Counted from the first letter of the stretch, positions 48,483 through 61,060 are shown. The stretch: DNA of 64,000 nucleotides from Lama glama (GCA_028534125.1 CM052818.1:44270001-44334000); one strand, 5' to 3'. A program made the numbers and translations. Notes: generated from the sequence alone by a model not told the origin.

Positions 48483-50771
48483 GCCACATGATTATAACCT
48501 ACAGCAACCAATCAGCATGTGCTGAATAAATAACTCTGAAAAGCAACAGTGGCAGCTCTTGTAACCTCTCCGGTTGTCCAATTCTAGAAGATAAGAGCCG
48601 TGTCATACATCCCTTTGGTGTTTTCCAACCCATGACAGTTCTGGGAATAGAGCAACTCAACTGATGCTTGTGAAAAGCAGGAATTTTATAATAATGCAGC
48701 CAAGGCAGTGGTGCTGAGAAGAGGGACACTAGGCTTATGACATGGAGCAAACGGCAGAACGTAGAGTGGATGTGGCATTGAGAGATGACTGGTCCGACTC
48801 TTCTCATCCAGATGCTTATTTGCTCACAAGTCCGTGTTCCTTAATGAGGCGCATGTGGTCCTCCGTCATCTGCCCTGGTCGGCCTTACTCCAGCCTCATC
48901 CCCCAGCCCTGTCCTCACCCACATTCCCCTCAGCAGCCACAGGGTCAAGGGCCTATAGACCTTGTCCTACCGAGGAACTTAGGTTTTAATTTTTAGGTCA
49001 AGAAATCACTGAAGAGTTTGATTCAAGGGATTTGGCAGATTTAAGTGGAACACAGCAGACCAGATCGAAACTCACAGCGTGGACCACCATTAGGAGTGCA
49101 CAGTGCTGCCACCCAATGGGTACTGGATAAATAATCGTGAAGGGAGAAAGCCAGGAACAGAAGGGATTGCCCTGGGAATAATCCCGCCAAGTGATGACGA
49201 GCTGATCCAAAAAATCTGTGATCCTGCTGGGAAGAAAGGCAAAGGGCCTGGGGAACCTGACCCCAGGCTGGGGCCAAAGAGACCTGAGTCCCAGTCCTGG
49301 CCTTGGGTACTTCAGTAGCCTGCTCAGCGTGGACAAGGCAAATTGAACCTGGACCTCAGATTCCCGACCTCGGGCTCTTTACAACAGGACCAAAGGATCT
49401 AGTTGATGAGTCCCCCAACCCGGCCTTGGAGGAGTAAGAGTCAGGCAAATGGTGCACTGAAGAGCCGCACATCTGCAGTGGCCACTGATGCTAATCTGTG
49501 TTCCTGTGCAGCCTCAGGCCTGGAAAGAAACTGCCTGCAGCTCCTGGAGCAGAACTTTTCAGCAACTTCACATTTTCTTCCTTGCGAGCGCTTTTTACAA
49601 ATCAAGCCACTGGGAAGCATGTATGTAAATGCGTTGGTCCTCCGTGTATGCGGAGACCACAGTGTGGAAACTCCCACCATCCTCACCCCCCCACCACCAA
49701 CATCTCCCCCACCCCATCCTTTTTCCTCTCTGTCTTCCCCTCTGTTTGTGCAAACTACCTACGACGATTTCTACACTTCACCAGAAATAGAACGTTTCAT
49801 TTTATTCATTACAAATAATGGCCTGGTTTGTGTTTTATTGTGAAATCAATACATATTCAAAATCAGTGGCGTGGGTCTTTGAAGTAATCTCTAAGTTCTC
49901 CCCCAGCTCGGCCATTCTATCATTTCTCCTATTCTGAATTTTGGTCCACAGCGCTCACTACCCCTGCCATGGTTTGCGTTGTTTTAAAAGTCCTGTCCTG
50001 AGCAGAGATCAACATTCTAAATAACCATCCTCAATGCTTTCACGGTGTGTTTCAGTTTGCCCGTACGCGGCGGGAAGTGAGGACGCAGACTGTGGTGTGG
50101 CTCCTACCCTCGAGGTACAGGAACAATCAGCTCCTTACAGACCTGCAGCTGCTCTTACCCTCCCAGATCCCAGCACAGGCGCCCTCCCCTTCCCCCACAT
50201 GAGAAGGGTGCACATGTCCACAGGTCCTTTCGCGGTAGTAAGAGGTCGCTCTGATTAGAGATCTTTCAGGACTCGCATTTCATCCTGGAGAATGTAGACC
50301 TTTTGTAATTTCCAGCGTCCAGGCAGTGAAAAGGATATTTAAGGACTGAAATAACATGGCAGGAAATTGAGATTCACTTACTGCATATAAAGTGATCGAA
50401 AAATCCCCTCTTTCGCTATCTCTTTTCCCCTTGGGTCTGTGGTTCACAAACTGCAGAGCATAAATCGTGGAGCAAACCATGCTGGAATATCAATAAAGCC
50501 ACATCAACCCGAGGCAGGAACTTATCTTGCAGCATGAGGATTTTTTTTTTTTTTAGACATTGGTTGGCAGCCAGGTTGATGAAAGGAGAAACCAAAGAGA
50601 ATAACAGCTTTGCAGCAGCAAAAGAGGAAGTTAGGATTCAGGAAATGTTATCCATGTGCCTCTCTGTAAATTCATAAGGAATGAAGTTGGGGTTGGGGGT
50701 GTGTCGTGAATAATGGAAATACCAACACCATGCCAGAGGCCACAAGACCCCAGGTCTGGGTGGTCCCCAAG

Positions 50772-51183
50772 GGTTATGGGTTGACTTGTGCCCCTTCAAA
50801 AACTCATAGGGTGAAGTCTTAACCCCCAAGACACTAGAATGTGACCTGATTTGGAGGCTGGGTCTTTACAGAGGGATTCAAGTTAAAGTGAGCTCATTAG
50901 GGTGGGTCCTAATCCAGCATGACTGGTGATCATATAAAAGGGAAATTTACACACAGACAATCATGGAGAGAAGCGGATGTGAAAAAACATAGGAAGAAAA
51001 CCCATCTTAAAGTCAAAGAGAGAGGTCTGGAACAGAGCCTTTCCTCAGAGCCCTCAGAAGGAACCAACCCAGGTGACACCTTGACTTTAGACTTCCATCC
51101 TCCAAAACCGTCAGGCACTGAATATGTTGTTTAAAACACTCAGTTTATGGTAGTTCATTGTGGAAGGTCTATCAAAATAGTAC
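50772..51183 (+). mobile_element. MaLR solo LTR, MLT1B-like
   Basis: gttatgggttgacttgtgcccc...gaatgtgacctgatttggag...attagggtgggtcctaatccagcatgactggtg...gccctcagaaggaaccaaccc...tgttgtttaa. Same family as 2011-2404, opposite orientation. Confidence 0.88.
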
Positions 51184-51196
51184 TTCAATAGTACAC

Positions 51197-51904
51197 ATCT
51201 CTTCAAAGAAGACATACAGATGGCCAATAAGCATATGAAAAGATGCTCAACATCATTAATTGTTAGAGAAATGCAAATCAAAACTACAATGAGATATCAC
51301 CTCACACCAGTTGGAACTGCCATCTTTAAAAAGTCTACAAATGATAAATGCTGGAGAGGGTGTGGAGAAAAAGGAACCCTCCTACACTGCTGGTGGAAAT
51401 ATAAATTGGTGCAGCCATTGTGGAGGACAGTATGGAGATTCCTTAAAAATTAAAAGTAGACTTACTGTATGATCCAGCAATCCCACTTCTGGGTATATAC
51501 CCAGAGAAAAATATAATTCAAAAAGATACATGCACCCCAATGTTCACAGGAGCACTATTTAGAATAACCAAGACATGGAAACAACCCAAATGTTCATTTA
51601 CAGATGACTGGATAAAGAAGATGTGGTATATATATTCAATGGAATACTTCTCAGCCATGAAAAAAGAATAAAATCATGCCATTTGCAGCAACATGGATGA
51701 AGCTGGAGATAATCATTCTAAGTGAAGTAAGCCAGAAAGAGAAAGAAAAATGCCATATATTGCTTATATATAGAATCTAAAAAAAAGGACACAAATGATC
51801 TTATTTATACAACAGAAACAGACTCGCAGACATAGAGAACAAACTTATGCTTACCAGGGGTTAAAGGGGGTGGGAAGGGGTAAATTGGAAGTTTGAGATT
51901 TGCA
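51197..51904 (+). mobile_element. Lineage-specific L1: ORF2 C-terminal region and start of 3' UTR
   Basis: ORF 51220-51453 [30 protein letters not shown]...[18 protein letters not shown] is the ORF2 cysteine-rich domain, with the last Cys replaced by Tyr and a frameshift after it. Confidence 0.95.
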
Positions 51905-52067
51905 CCTCTTGGGGAGTGATGGAAATGAGCTATCTTGATTGTGGTGGTGGTTTCATGGGTGTATACAGCTATCAAAATTCATCAAATTGTGCATCTAAAA
52001 TATGTGTAGTTTACTGAACAGGAACTATACCACAATAAAGGTGTTTAAAAATAAAACAAAACAAAAA
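51905..52067 (+). mobile_element. Older-type (L1MD/ME-like) L1 3' end with A tail
   Basis: ggggagtgatggaaatgagctatcttgattgtggtggtggtttcatgggtgtatacagctatcaaaattcatcaaattgtg...ctataccacaataaag. Confidence 0.8.
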
Positions 52068-52684
52068 AATAGAACACCCAGCTTCCAGAAAAGCTAGGAG
52101 AAGAACGAGGTAGCTGCCATCTTCTTCTGCAGGTGTCCCCTCCTCTTAAGTCCCAAGTGGATTCTTTACTGAATTGCTCTCATTCTTTGTCATGTTTCAA
52201 ATACATTTGCCTACCTGTAAAAGTCCACGTGTAAAATAATAAGTAATTTTTTATTATCATTCTGTAACAATCAGAGAGAAAACTACCATCCAAACATCTG
52301 ATCAACATGAAAAGCAAGTTATGACCATCTTGAAATAATAAGATTTCATTTAAAGACAAAAACACATGAACCTGACTAAGTGTGACTAGATTCTTCATGG
52401 GGAAGTGTAGCAATTCCATCAGGCTTTCAGAAATGTGGGGAACATTTCACCAACCTCTTTCTCCCTCCCCCTGCCTCCTATGACCTTCATGGATATCAAG
52501 GTGGAATTGAGAATTTAGGCCTGTGTTTCTCAAGGGCTGGTGGGAGGCATGTACAGAACTAAAAGCCCAATAGGTTATTTTCATGAGCTGTTGTCCCCAC
52601 TCCCACACCCCAGCTCAAGAATCCCAATGTCTTCCCACTATTTTCTTTGAGAGATGAGGTAACTAAGGCTCCTTCCTGAAGTCA

Positions 52685-53240
52685 GTGTTTCAACAACCAT
52701 TCATGAAGCTCCTACTGTGCGCTCAGGATGTGCCAGACATCAGATGTCTTCGTAAGATACAAGCTGTTCCCCAGGTAGCTCCTCATCTTGTGAAAGATTC
52801 AGATGTTAAAACAGGCTGTGACAATGCCAGGCTGTGTGTGACGTGACCACCAAGGAAGGGCTTATAGTCAGACTCAGCGAGTCAGCAAGCCCTTCTGAGA
52901 AGTGCCTTTTAAGCAAAGGAGTTAGCCAGGTGATGGCAGTCCAAAGTGGACAGGATGAGCAAAGGCTAGTGGAGAGGGAGCACCTTGTGTGTGTGCGTGC
53001 GTGCGTGCGCATGCGTGCACCCACGTGCTGTAAGAATGGTGGAAGTGAGAGGAAGAGTAGACTTGTGACTCGGGGCAACAGTGATAGACTCTAAACAACC
53101 TGAGTTGCTGGAAAACCAAGTGTGATGGAGAGAAGAGCATGACATGAACCTGGACCACACTGTTGAGGGCTCTTTAGGTCTAGCGAGATCAAGCGATCTA
53201 CTCGAGGCCACTTGGCTGCTTAGCAGAGATAAGACTTGAG
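52685..53240 (-). mobile_element. LINE-2 3' fragment containing a (TG)/(TGCG) microsatellite at ~52985-53018
   Basis: tttcaacaaccattcatgaagctcctactgtg...aggagttagccaggtga...gggctctttaggtc; gtgtgtgtgcgtgcgtgcgtgcgcatgcgtgca. Confidence 0.65.
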
Positions 53241-53274
53241 TCTTCTTCCTCCTAAATCAATGCTACCTCCATTA

Positions 53275-53450
53275 AGTAATAATAATGACTAATGTGTTTT
53301 GGGAGTTATGATGAGACATTACAGATATTAAACCATTTAATCTTTACGACAACGCAATCAAATAATTACTTTTATTACTAACCCCACTTTTCTGATGAAA
53401 ACACTGAAGCATGGGGAGTTTGAGTAAGTCACACAGCTGCCAAGTGATTA
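53275..53450 (-). mobile_element. MIR SINE
   Basis: ccatttaatctttacgacaac...ttattactaaccccacttttctgatgaaaacactgaagc...agtcacacagctgccaagtg. Confidence 0.75.
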
Positions 53451-54524
53451 TCCGTCTTCTTAACCGTTATTTCATGGTTCCTTGGGACTATCTTCCATGA
53501 CAACAGTATGTACAGAGAAAGAAGGTCAGCGTCTATGATATATCTGAAATAGGGAGAAAAATACCTGTACAGGCAATTGTGCAAGATGTAAGTTTACCTT
53601 TATTGAGAAGAGTACCATTTTATCCACTTAATTCTCAATATGGTAAGAATTTACACTAACTTCGGGGATGCTTAACGCTCTTCTTCAGTGGAAATAGCCA
53701 AACAGAACTCAAAATGATTCCCCTCTTGCTTTAGCTTTCCAAGCCCTCAGGTATGGTATCCTGGGGGGCATTTTGGTTGGATGTGATTTATATGCTGATG
53801 CATTTATTTTGAGAACCTCAAATATATCAATTGTGTGATCATATACAAAGGGATTCTTTTAAGAATGGAAAGTGATTTGAGAAAAGGAAGACTAACCTGC
53901 AACACCTTTCTGGATCAATAAGCAACATTTGTTAGAAAGTTAGGGTTGAGCAGGGGGACTACACTTTCAGTGCTTTCGTGAGCTCAAATTCCCTGCCGTG
54001 CTGGATCAGGGCTGCGGTGGACTGCATGAACATACTCTATCGAAAGGATGACATCCAAAGAACTGATAAAAATAAAATATACTCATCGCTCTTTCTAACA
54101 CAATGCTGAAATTTGTGTTCCCTGCTGGATACTCTGTTAGGCAGAGAGGACCCAAAATGGTATAGTCCTTTCCTGATGCAGAACCATGTGAAGGAAAGCA
54201 AAAACAGATGATGAGTAAGATGCTGGATCAGCAGAGACGAGGCAGAGTGGAACAGCAGGAACTAGGGGCAGTGACCAAAGACTGGGGCATTCAAAGTGCA
54301 AAGGAATGACAGAAGTGGAGATCACTTCCAGAAGATTCACTGACTTGGCATTGGTGCTTAAGGTGTTATTACAAGTGCTGACCTTGGAGCTGTGGAGAAG
54401 AGTTAAGAGGATGTGGTGGTCACCTAAGAATTGGCCAGGGCAGGTGCTGGGTCTTAATAAAGGAAAAAACTGCTTCTGTCTGGAGAGCATCACAGAAGGT
54501 CCCAGAGGGAGCCAGTGTGTCCTC

Positions 54525-54765
54525 ACAGTTAAAGCCCAGCTGCATCAACCCTTCCGCGTTCAAATCTATGAACCACTTACTGTTTGAGCTCAGGCAATTA
54601 CATCACCTCTATGGGCTTTTGCATCCTCATCTGTAAATTTATGATAAATAACAGTCCTGATTTGATGGAGATTTGTGAACAGCAAGTGACATAATTTCTG
54701 TAAAACACTTAGCCCAGCCGGTCCCCGAGTTAATACTCTTCAGATATTAGCTATGATTATTATTA
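54525..54765 (+). mobile_element. MIR SINE
   Basis: gttcaaatc...ccacttactgtttgagctcaggcaattacatcacctctatggg...cctcatctgtaaa...tgtaaaacacttagcccag...atattagctatgattattatta. Confidence 0.85.
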
Positions 54766-56169
54766 CTTGTAGGGCTGACATTTGAGCTGGTCTATAAAAG
54801 ATGAAGAGTATTTTGCTAGGTGGAAAAGCGGGGGGAGGACATTCCAAGGAGCAAGATTAACATCGAAATTGATTTTCCAGGCCAAGAAGAAAAATACCTC
54901 TTTTGTGAAAAATTTCCTTTTTTCAGCTTGACTGTTAGCAAAAGCAAGCCAAGAATTTCACATGGGAAATAGGATCTGAAACCCCACCTTTCATTCTGAA
55001 ATTCAGGAGATGTAAGGTTGCATTTTATTATTCTCAGACGGTTAGTTTTTTCTTTTCCTTAACCTCCGTTCCACCCAACCCCAAGTGCTTTGCTAAAGCA
55101 ATTTGCTCTCATGACAAGAAACGAATAAATTATCTGGGAGCATAAAAGATTGAGACAGGGATGCGGGTAAATGAAAATAGAAGCGATTCAGGTTGATCAG
55201 CCCTTTGGTCATTTTGTTTGTCAAACATGTATTGGGTTTCTACTCTGTGCCAAGCATTATGCTTGATGCAGAGGCTATAAAGGTAATTACATCATTGTCC
55301 CTGTCCTTGAGGGGCTCTGACTAGTGAGGAAGAAGGGCAGGTAACCAGACATTTCCAATTTCAAAGGACAGAGGGAAGAAGAAATGTGCCTGGTAATAAT
55401 AAGCCCAGCCCAGAGGGCCAAGGGCCAAAGTCACGTCATATTTAAAATCAATATTAACATCCTTTAAATCCTCCTCTTGGAAGGATGTTGGAGTTACAAG
55501 TATGCAAGATGGAGCTACTCTCCGGGTATCACCTGGTGTGCATTAGGAAGTGTGCATAATTCAGCGTTACGTATAAGAGAGCTTCTTCCTGACTGATAAC
55601 CAACATTTGTTAGAACCTTTTCCTCCAGCCTGTGTTTCACACTTTTGACTTCCTCCTTCTGAAAGACAAAGTTTAATCAGGGCTGAATTAAATTAGAAAT
55701 GTTAATGCTGAGATAATTACCACTGCTTTGGGAAGAATTATCTCTAATAACACATTTCATTCATCAGCCCTGAACATAGTTTTGATCCCACCATCTCCTG
55801 ATGTGCGGAAACGGTGGATTTTCATACTGAATTGTAGCTTTCAGGCATTCATCACACACAAAGGGCTTGTATCCGGCACAGAAGATGACGTCCAGTCTCT
55901 GCTCAGTTGAGTGTTAAAATTCAAAGTATAAGTGTACAGCTGCTCAGAGAGTGTTTGCCTTTAATGAAGATGATTCACAGAGCTGCGGGTAGGAAGGACA
56001 GACTCTGAAGCTGTTGACAGTCGGGAAAATCAGGAGAAGAAATTTAGTCCAGTCTCTTGGGCTGCCTCCATGGGACAAGTCATCTGAGATACTGTTTTTC
56101 CATTCCAGTCTTACTGACTCTTTTCCAAGTTGGAATATAATGGGCACAAGAATAGGAGGGAGAATCAGA

Positions 56170-56320
56170 CAGTCTTGCCCCTGTACCCCACGCCACCAGC
56201 TCTGATACTTACTAGAATGTATGTTGGCTAAATTTATTAAAACCATAATTTTCTCATCTGTAAAATGGGTTAATAAAATCTACCCTAGAGGGTTGTCATT
56301 ATGATAATATAAAGAAATAC
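56170..56320 (+). mobile_element. MIR SINE
   Basis: ccagctctgatacttactagaatgtatgttggctaaattta...tttctcatctgtaaaatgggttaataaaatctaccctagagggttgtc. Confidence 0.8.
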
Positions 56321-56363
56321 TTTCCTGACTGCAAAAAACACTAAAAAATAAAATCAGAAGTGA

Positions 56364-57505
56364 TGGGACCTAATTAATCTTGTAAGCTTTTGCACAGCAA
56401 AGGAAACCATAAGCAAAACAATCTATGGAATAGGAGAAAATATTTGTGAATAATGAGGCTGACTAGGGCTTAATTTCCAGAATATATAAACAGCTCATAC
56501 AATTCAGTAACAAAAAAAAGCAAACAACTCAATCCAAAAATGGGCAGAAGACCTAAACAATTCTCCAATGAAGACATACAAATGGCCAATGACACATGAA
56601 GAAATGGTCAATATCGCTAATTATCAGAGAAATGCAAATCAAAACCACGAGGTATCACCTCACACCATTCAGAGTGGCCATCATTCAAAAGTCCACAAAT
56701 GATGAATGCTGGAGAGGGTGTGGAGAAAAGGGAACCCTCCTACATTGCTGGTGGCAATGTAGTTTGGTGCAGTCATTATGGAAAACAGTATGGAGATTCC
56801 TAAAAAAAAACTAAAAATAGACTTACTATATGATCCAACAATCCAACTCCTGGGCATATATCCAGAGGGAACTCTAATTCAAAAAGATACATGCACCCCA
56901 ATGTTCATAGCAGCACTATTTACCAAGACATGGAAACAACTTAAATGTCCATCAACAGATGACTGGATAAAGAAGATGTGGTATATTTATACAATGGAGT
57001 ACTACTCAGCCATAAAAACCGACAACATAACGCCATTTGCAGCAACATGGGTGGACCTGGAGATCGTCATTCTAAGTGAAGTAAGCCAGAAAGGGAAAGA
57101 AAAATACCGTATGATTTCACTCAGAAGTGAAATTTAAAAAAGAAAAAAGACATAAATGAACTTCTTTACAAAACAGAAAGAGACTCACAGACATAGAAAA
57201 CAAACTTATAGTTACCAGGGAGTTAAAGCGGGTGGGAGGGGACAAATTGGGAGAGTAAGATTTGCTACTAAATATAAAATAGATAAACAACAAGTTTCCT
57301 CTGAATAGCACAGGGCACTATATTCAATATCTTGTAGTAACCTATAATGAAAAAGAATATGAAAACAAGTACATGTATGTATATGTATGTCTGAAACATT
57401 ATGCTGTACACCAGAAATGGACGCAACATTGTAGACTAACTATATTTCAATAAAAATTAAAATAGATTTTAAAAAAAGAATAGACACTTAAAAACTGGAA
57501 AAAAA
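56364..57505 (+). mobile_element. 5'-truncated lineage-specific L1 (~1.1 kb; ORF2 C-terminus plus complete 3' UTR)
   Basis: Frameshifted ORFs 56596-56814 ([18 protein letters not shown]) and 56778-57137 (DTCTPMFIAALFT...YTMEYYSAIK...ILSEVSQK) are L1 ORF2. Candidate TSD agaagtga (56356-56363 and 57506-57513). Confidence 0.95.
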
Positions 57506-58829
57506 AGAAGTGACTAGCAAACACTGCTATCCTTTACTTATTTATTCCCAAGACAGACTGAAGGCAGGGTCTGTGCTTCACACTTTTGGATGCCCCATGC
57601 TCTAATACAGCAGGGGTTTGGTGACTATTTGAAGGGTTGTTTTGTAGGGACATTTATGTAGGTGGTTTGGGTGTATAAATAGCTATTACATCATTTAAAA
57701 ATGTTTTACTACTGCCACTGAAGAATTCGCTTTCTGCGCTAAGCAAATTGACATCTGAAAAAAAGGGGAGAATGTAACTTAAAGTTTATAGAGGCAGGAG
57801 TTCCAGATCTGCAAGCCACTTTACCTCTTTGGGCCTCAGTTTTCCCTTCATACAGTGGAAGCTTCAGTTTGTAGGTACATTAGTACCGCCCAGCCCTACC
57901 CTCTCTCAGGAAGGAAGGAAGGAAGCCAATAGTAAGTGGCTGCCTGCAACGCACCAGTCCTGGGTTTATTCTCAGGGTCACTGAGCGGTCTGCAGGATTC
58001 AGGGGGACGCAGGGCTACCCACCGACTCTGGCTCCTGGATTCCAGTCATATTTTCAACAGGCTGGTTGGAATATAGATTCATAAAAACTCCAGAAGTTAA
58101 AAGTGATAAGCTGATGGTGAATGAATGTAAAATACTGCTTGTCCTCTCCTTGCCCCAAATCTTGTGAAGTCTTGCCAAGCACCCCGAGGAGAAGCCCTCA
58201 GTCAGTCTGTGTGCTCAGCCATCTGCATTCAGCCAAGACCAGGGAAGGGAGACATCACATAAAGAATAGCTGCTCCTAGAATCTTTCAGTAATTGAGCTG
58301 ATCTGCGTTTTCCCTTCAACATGAACTGATTTTAAGTGGGAGAAAAATCAACTTCTGTTTTATACTCTAATGGGAGGATAAAAGTTATACAACCATGCAT
58401 TCCACTGATTAGAAATTCCTGCTCATTTTCTGCTGCCTGCTAGCCATTTGGTAGCATTTTAATTTAACTTTCCACTTGCATGTTCCCCATTAATATTTAT
58501 GAAATGATTACTAGCTGCAGTTCAGTCTTTAAAAACTGGATGTGAAGCATTCAGCAAAATACATTTGCTAGTAGTTGTGAACAAATAATGCTCTAACAAG
58601 CTGTTAGGAAGCTTTCATTTTTTAATGTATCTCTTTTTTTTCCCCCTAAAGCTAAGATAATTAAAAGGCAGTGTGGGCCTAACAGGCAGGTAGAAATTTT
58701 AATAATTACATAAAACACTGTATATTACAGGAACCCTTAGACTAAGTCTAATTCTGGACTTGGAGGAGAATCTGCAGAGTCTTACATGCCCATTAAATAA
58801 AGACAAAGTTTATTCCCAAGACCTACATT

Positions 58830-59000
58830 AACACCACAGTAACAGCTAGCATGCTTACTGACCTTTAGAGCTGAAAAGTTCTTTTTCACATTTTTTTAAA
58901 AATTTTATCTTCACAACTGCTCCATGAGATGGGTGTTATCATTTTTATTTTACAAGTCAGAGATGTCAGGTTTAGGTTTAAGTAATGTCCCTTATTTAAT
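58830..59000 (-). mobile_element. MIR SINE
   Basis: taacagctagcatgcttactga...tcttcacaactgctccatgagatgggtgttatcatttttattttacaag. Confidence 0.7.
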
Positions 59001-59229
59001 CAATCCTGTCTGAATGACAGCCCTGTGCCCAACTCTGCATCCAGTTCTTTCACCTAGAGGGTGCACGCTGCCGTCTGTCCATCCAAGAGCTCAGGACCTC
59101 TGCAGGAGCAAGGCACTCCAGCAAACACACTGCACTGCAGCAAGGGCTAAGACTGACCACGGGGGAGATCTGCGCAAGGTACAATAGAAAACCAAAGAGG
59201 AATAATAAAACCGAAGTGGGGAGCAAGAA

Positions 59230-59630
59230 GAAGGGTACTGGAAAGTTAGGGAAGTTTTAAGGCTAAATCCTCAGGAAGCCAATACAGCACAAAGGCATAA
59301 AGCACTTCCTGGGGACCCGCACAGCACCTGATACAGCAGAGGGCAAGGTGGGAGGGGCTGCTTGGAAAAGGAGGCCTGTACCAGACCACATAGGGCCTTC
59401 TGCTGGCCCTTCAAGCTTCATTTTTTAAACTGATGAGGAATCATTAAAAAAAATTTAAGCAAGGCAGTGAAATGACAGAATATGTGGGCTGGATGGGTTG
59501 GTTTTTCAGCAGCAAGGACTAACTAAATCAGAGAGGAAGAGACCAGAGGCAAGGAGACCAGGTACAAATTCAGGAAAAGAGCAACCAGGGTTTGAACTTG
59601 GCCCTGGGACAGGGACAGTGGGGATGAAGG
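59230..59630 (-). mobile_element. LINE-2 fragment
   Basis: ccagaccacatagggcctt...tttaagcaaggcagtgaaatgacaga...gaccagaggcaaggagaccagg. Confidence 0.6.
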
Positions 59631-60891
59631 TGAAACTGCCAGAAAGTGGCCAAACCCATTATTGGACCAAAACGCCAATGTGTCTCCAAACGCCATGCCC
59701 TGCACACCACAACATACTGTTTTTATATAAGACAGGCTTTAACAACCTTCTCTTACAGGCGCAAAGAAACCAGTAAGACAGCAACAAAAGACAATGAGAC
59801 CCGCCCTGGATCTCAAAGCTGAATGACTGCTTCTGCAATAAGACGGAGTTATACTGATCAGGCTGCATCTCAACAGCCTTCAGCGTGCAAGGCTGGCCTG
59901 CGGCAAAATCAGAGAAGGTGAGCCCTTCGGCCCTCTCCTCTCCTTCCTCCCTTCTCTGAACAGTAACACCCTCACTGATAGCAGCTTAAAACCTAACCTC
60001 ACTCCAAGGTGTACTGTCCTGAAGAGCACTTGAATACTCAAGTCCGAGAGAGTTCATCTCCAGTGGTGGACATTCTGGAGCTTTGAGGGATACTGGGGAG
60101 ATTTCTGACCACACAGGGAGCCTTGGTCACGCACTGCTCTTCCGGTCTGTATTCATCCCCACCTCTCTGGCACAACACGGGGGCTTCCAGAACAGCTCCC
60201 TTTACTCCATTAACTCAGTTCCCCTGGCTTGAGCCATTCGGGATTCATAGCTTTCTATTTCGTCCCCTAGAAGTTTGCAGGTAAAATGTCGTTTTCTTCA
60301 AGAGACATATTCATGGAGTCATTACCAGTATTATCAGAGGGCAATGATTAAACTACCTTGTACAGGGCCAGCTGTCTAAAAGGAAAGAGAACAGTGGACC
60401 TGTAGGCTTCATTAGTAGCAAAGAGGGTGAGGGCTTATGGAAAGAAAGAGATTATTAGTCAGGTCTGCAGGCACTGCTGAGGTGGCACTGTTTGAGAAAA
60501 GGTAGAGCCTCATTCACACAGGCGCACGCACGCGCGCAATCAGGAACCCACTGGATGAATCACCCACTTGTCAATGACTTTCTATCCCAAAGATAGTTGT
60601 TTCATGGTGGCCACGTTTTTCAAACCAAAATCAAAACTCACGTCCTAAAAAACTTTCTCTTTAATTTTTTTTAGTAAAATGAATATTTTCAATAAAATCC
60701 AAGTGATCATCACAATTTAGTTCACCTGAAGCCCAAATGCAGGGTGGATTTTGCCCCCCAAAACCTCTCCTTTCATCCTTAATAGGACTTGCCTCCCATT
60801 TAACTGAAATGATCACAGCTTTCTGGTTAAAACACCTATTCTCTCTTCCTCTTCAGAACACTTGTTTCCATTCTACTCTGTTTTCTTTCAA

Positions 60892-61060
60892 TTCAGTGAA
60901 ATGGCATAGCAAAAACTGCCTGGGATCAGGAGTCTGACAAATCTGAGACTGAACTCCAGTCTTGATAATTACAAAACTCTGTGATCGAGGGCAAGTCCTT
61001 CCACATGGCTGAGCCTTGGGTTTCTCATCTGTGAAATGAGGAGAAGAGAATGCCGTGATC
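60892..61060 (+). mobile_element. MIR SINE
   Basis: ctgggatcaggagtctgacaaatctgag...ctctgtgatcgagggcaagtccttcc...ctgagccttgggtttctcatctgtgaaatgaggagaag. Confidence 0.8.

Noticed and set aside
51220..57137. ORFs 51220-51453, 56596-56814 and 56778-57137 as host zinc-finger genes
   Set aside because: They are frameshifted L1 ORF2 C-terminal remnants.
60474..60491. CTCF-like ctgctgaggtggcactg
   Set aside because: Only the 3' half matches; the 5' CCASY part does not.
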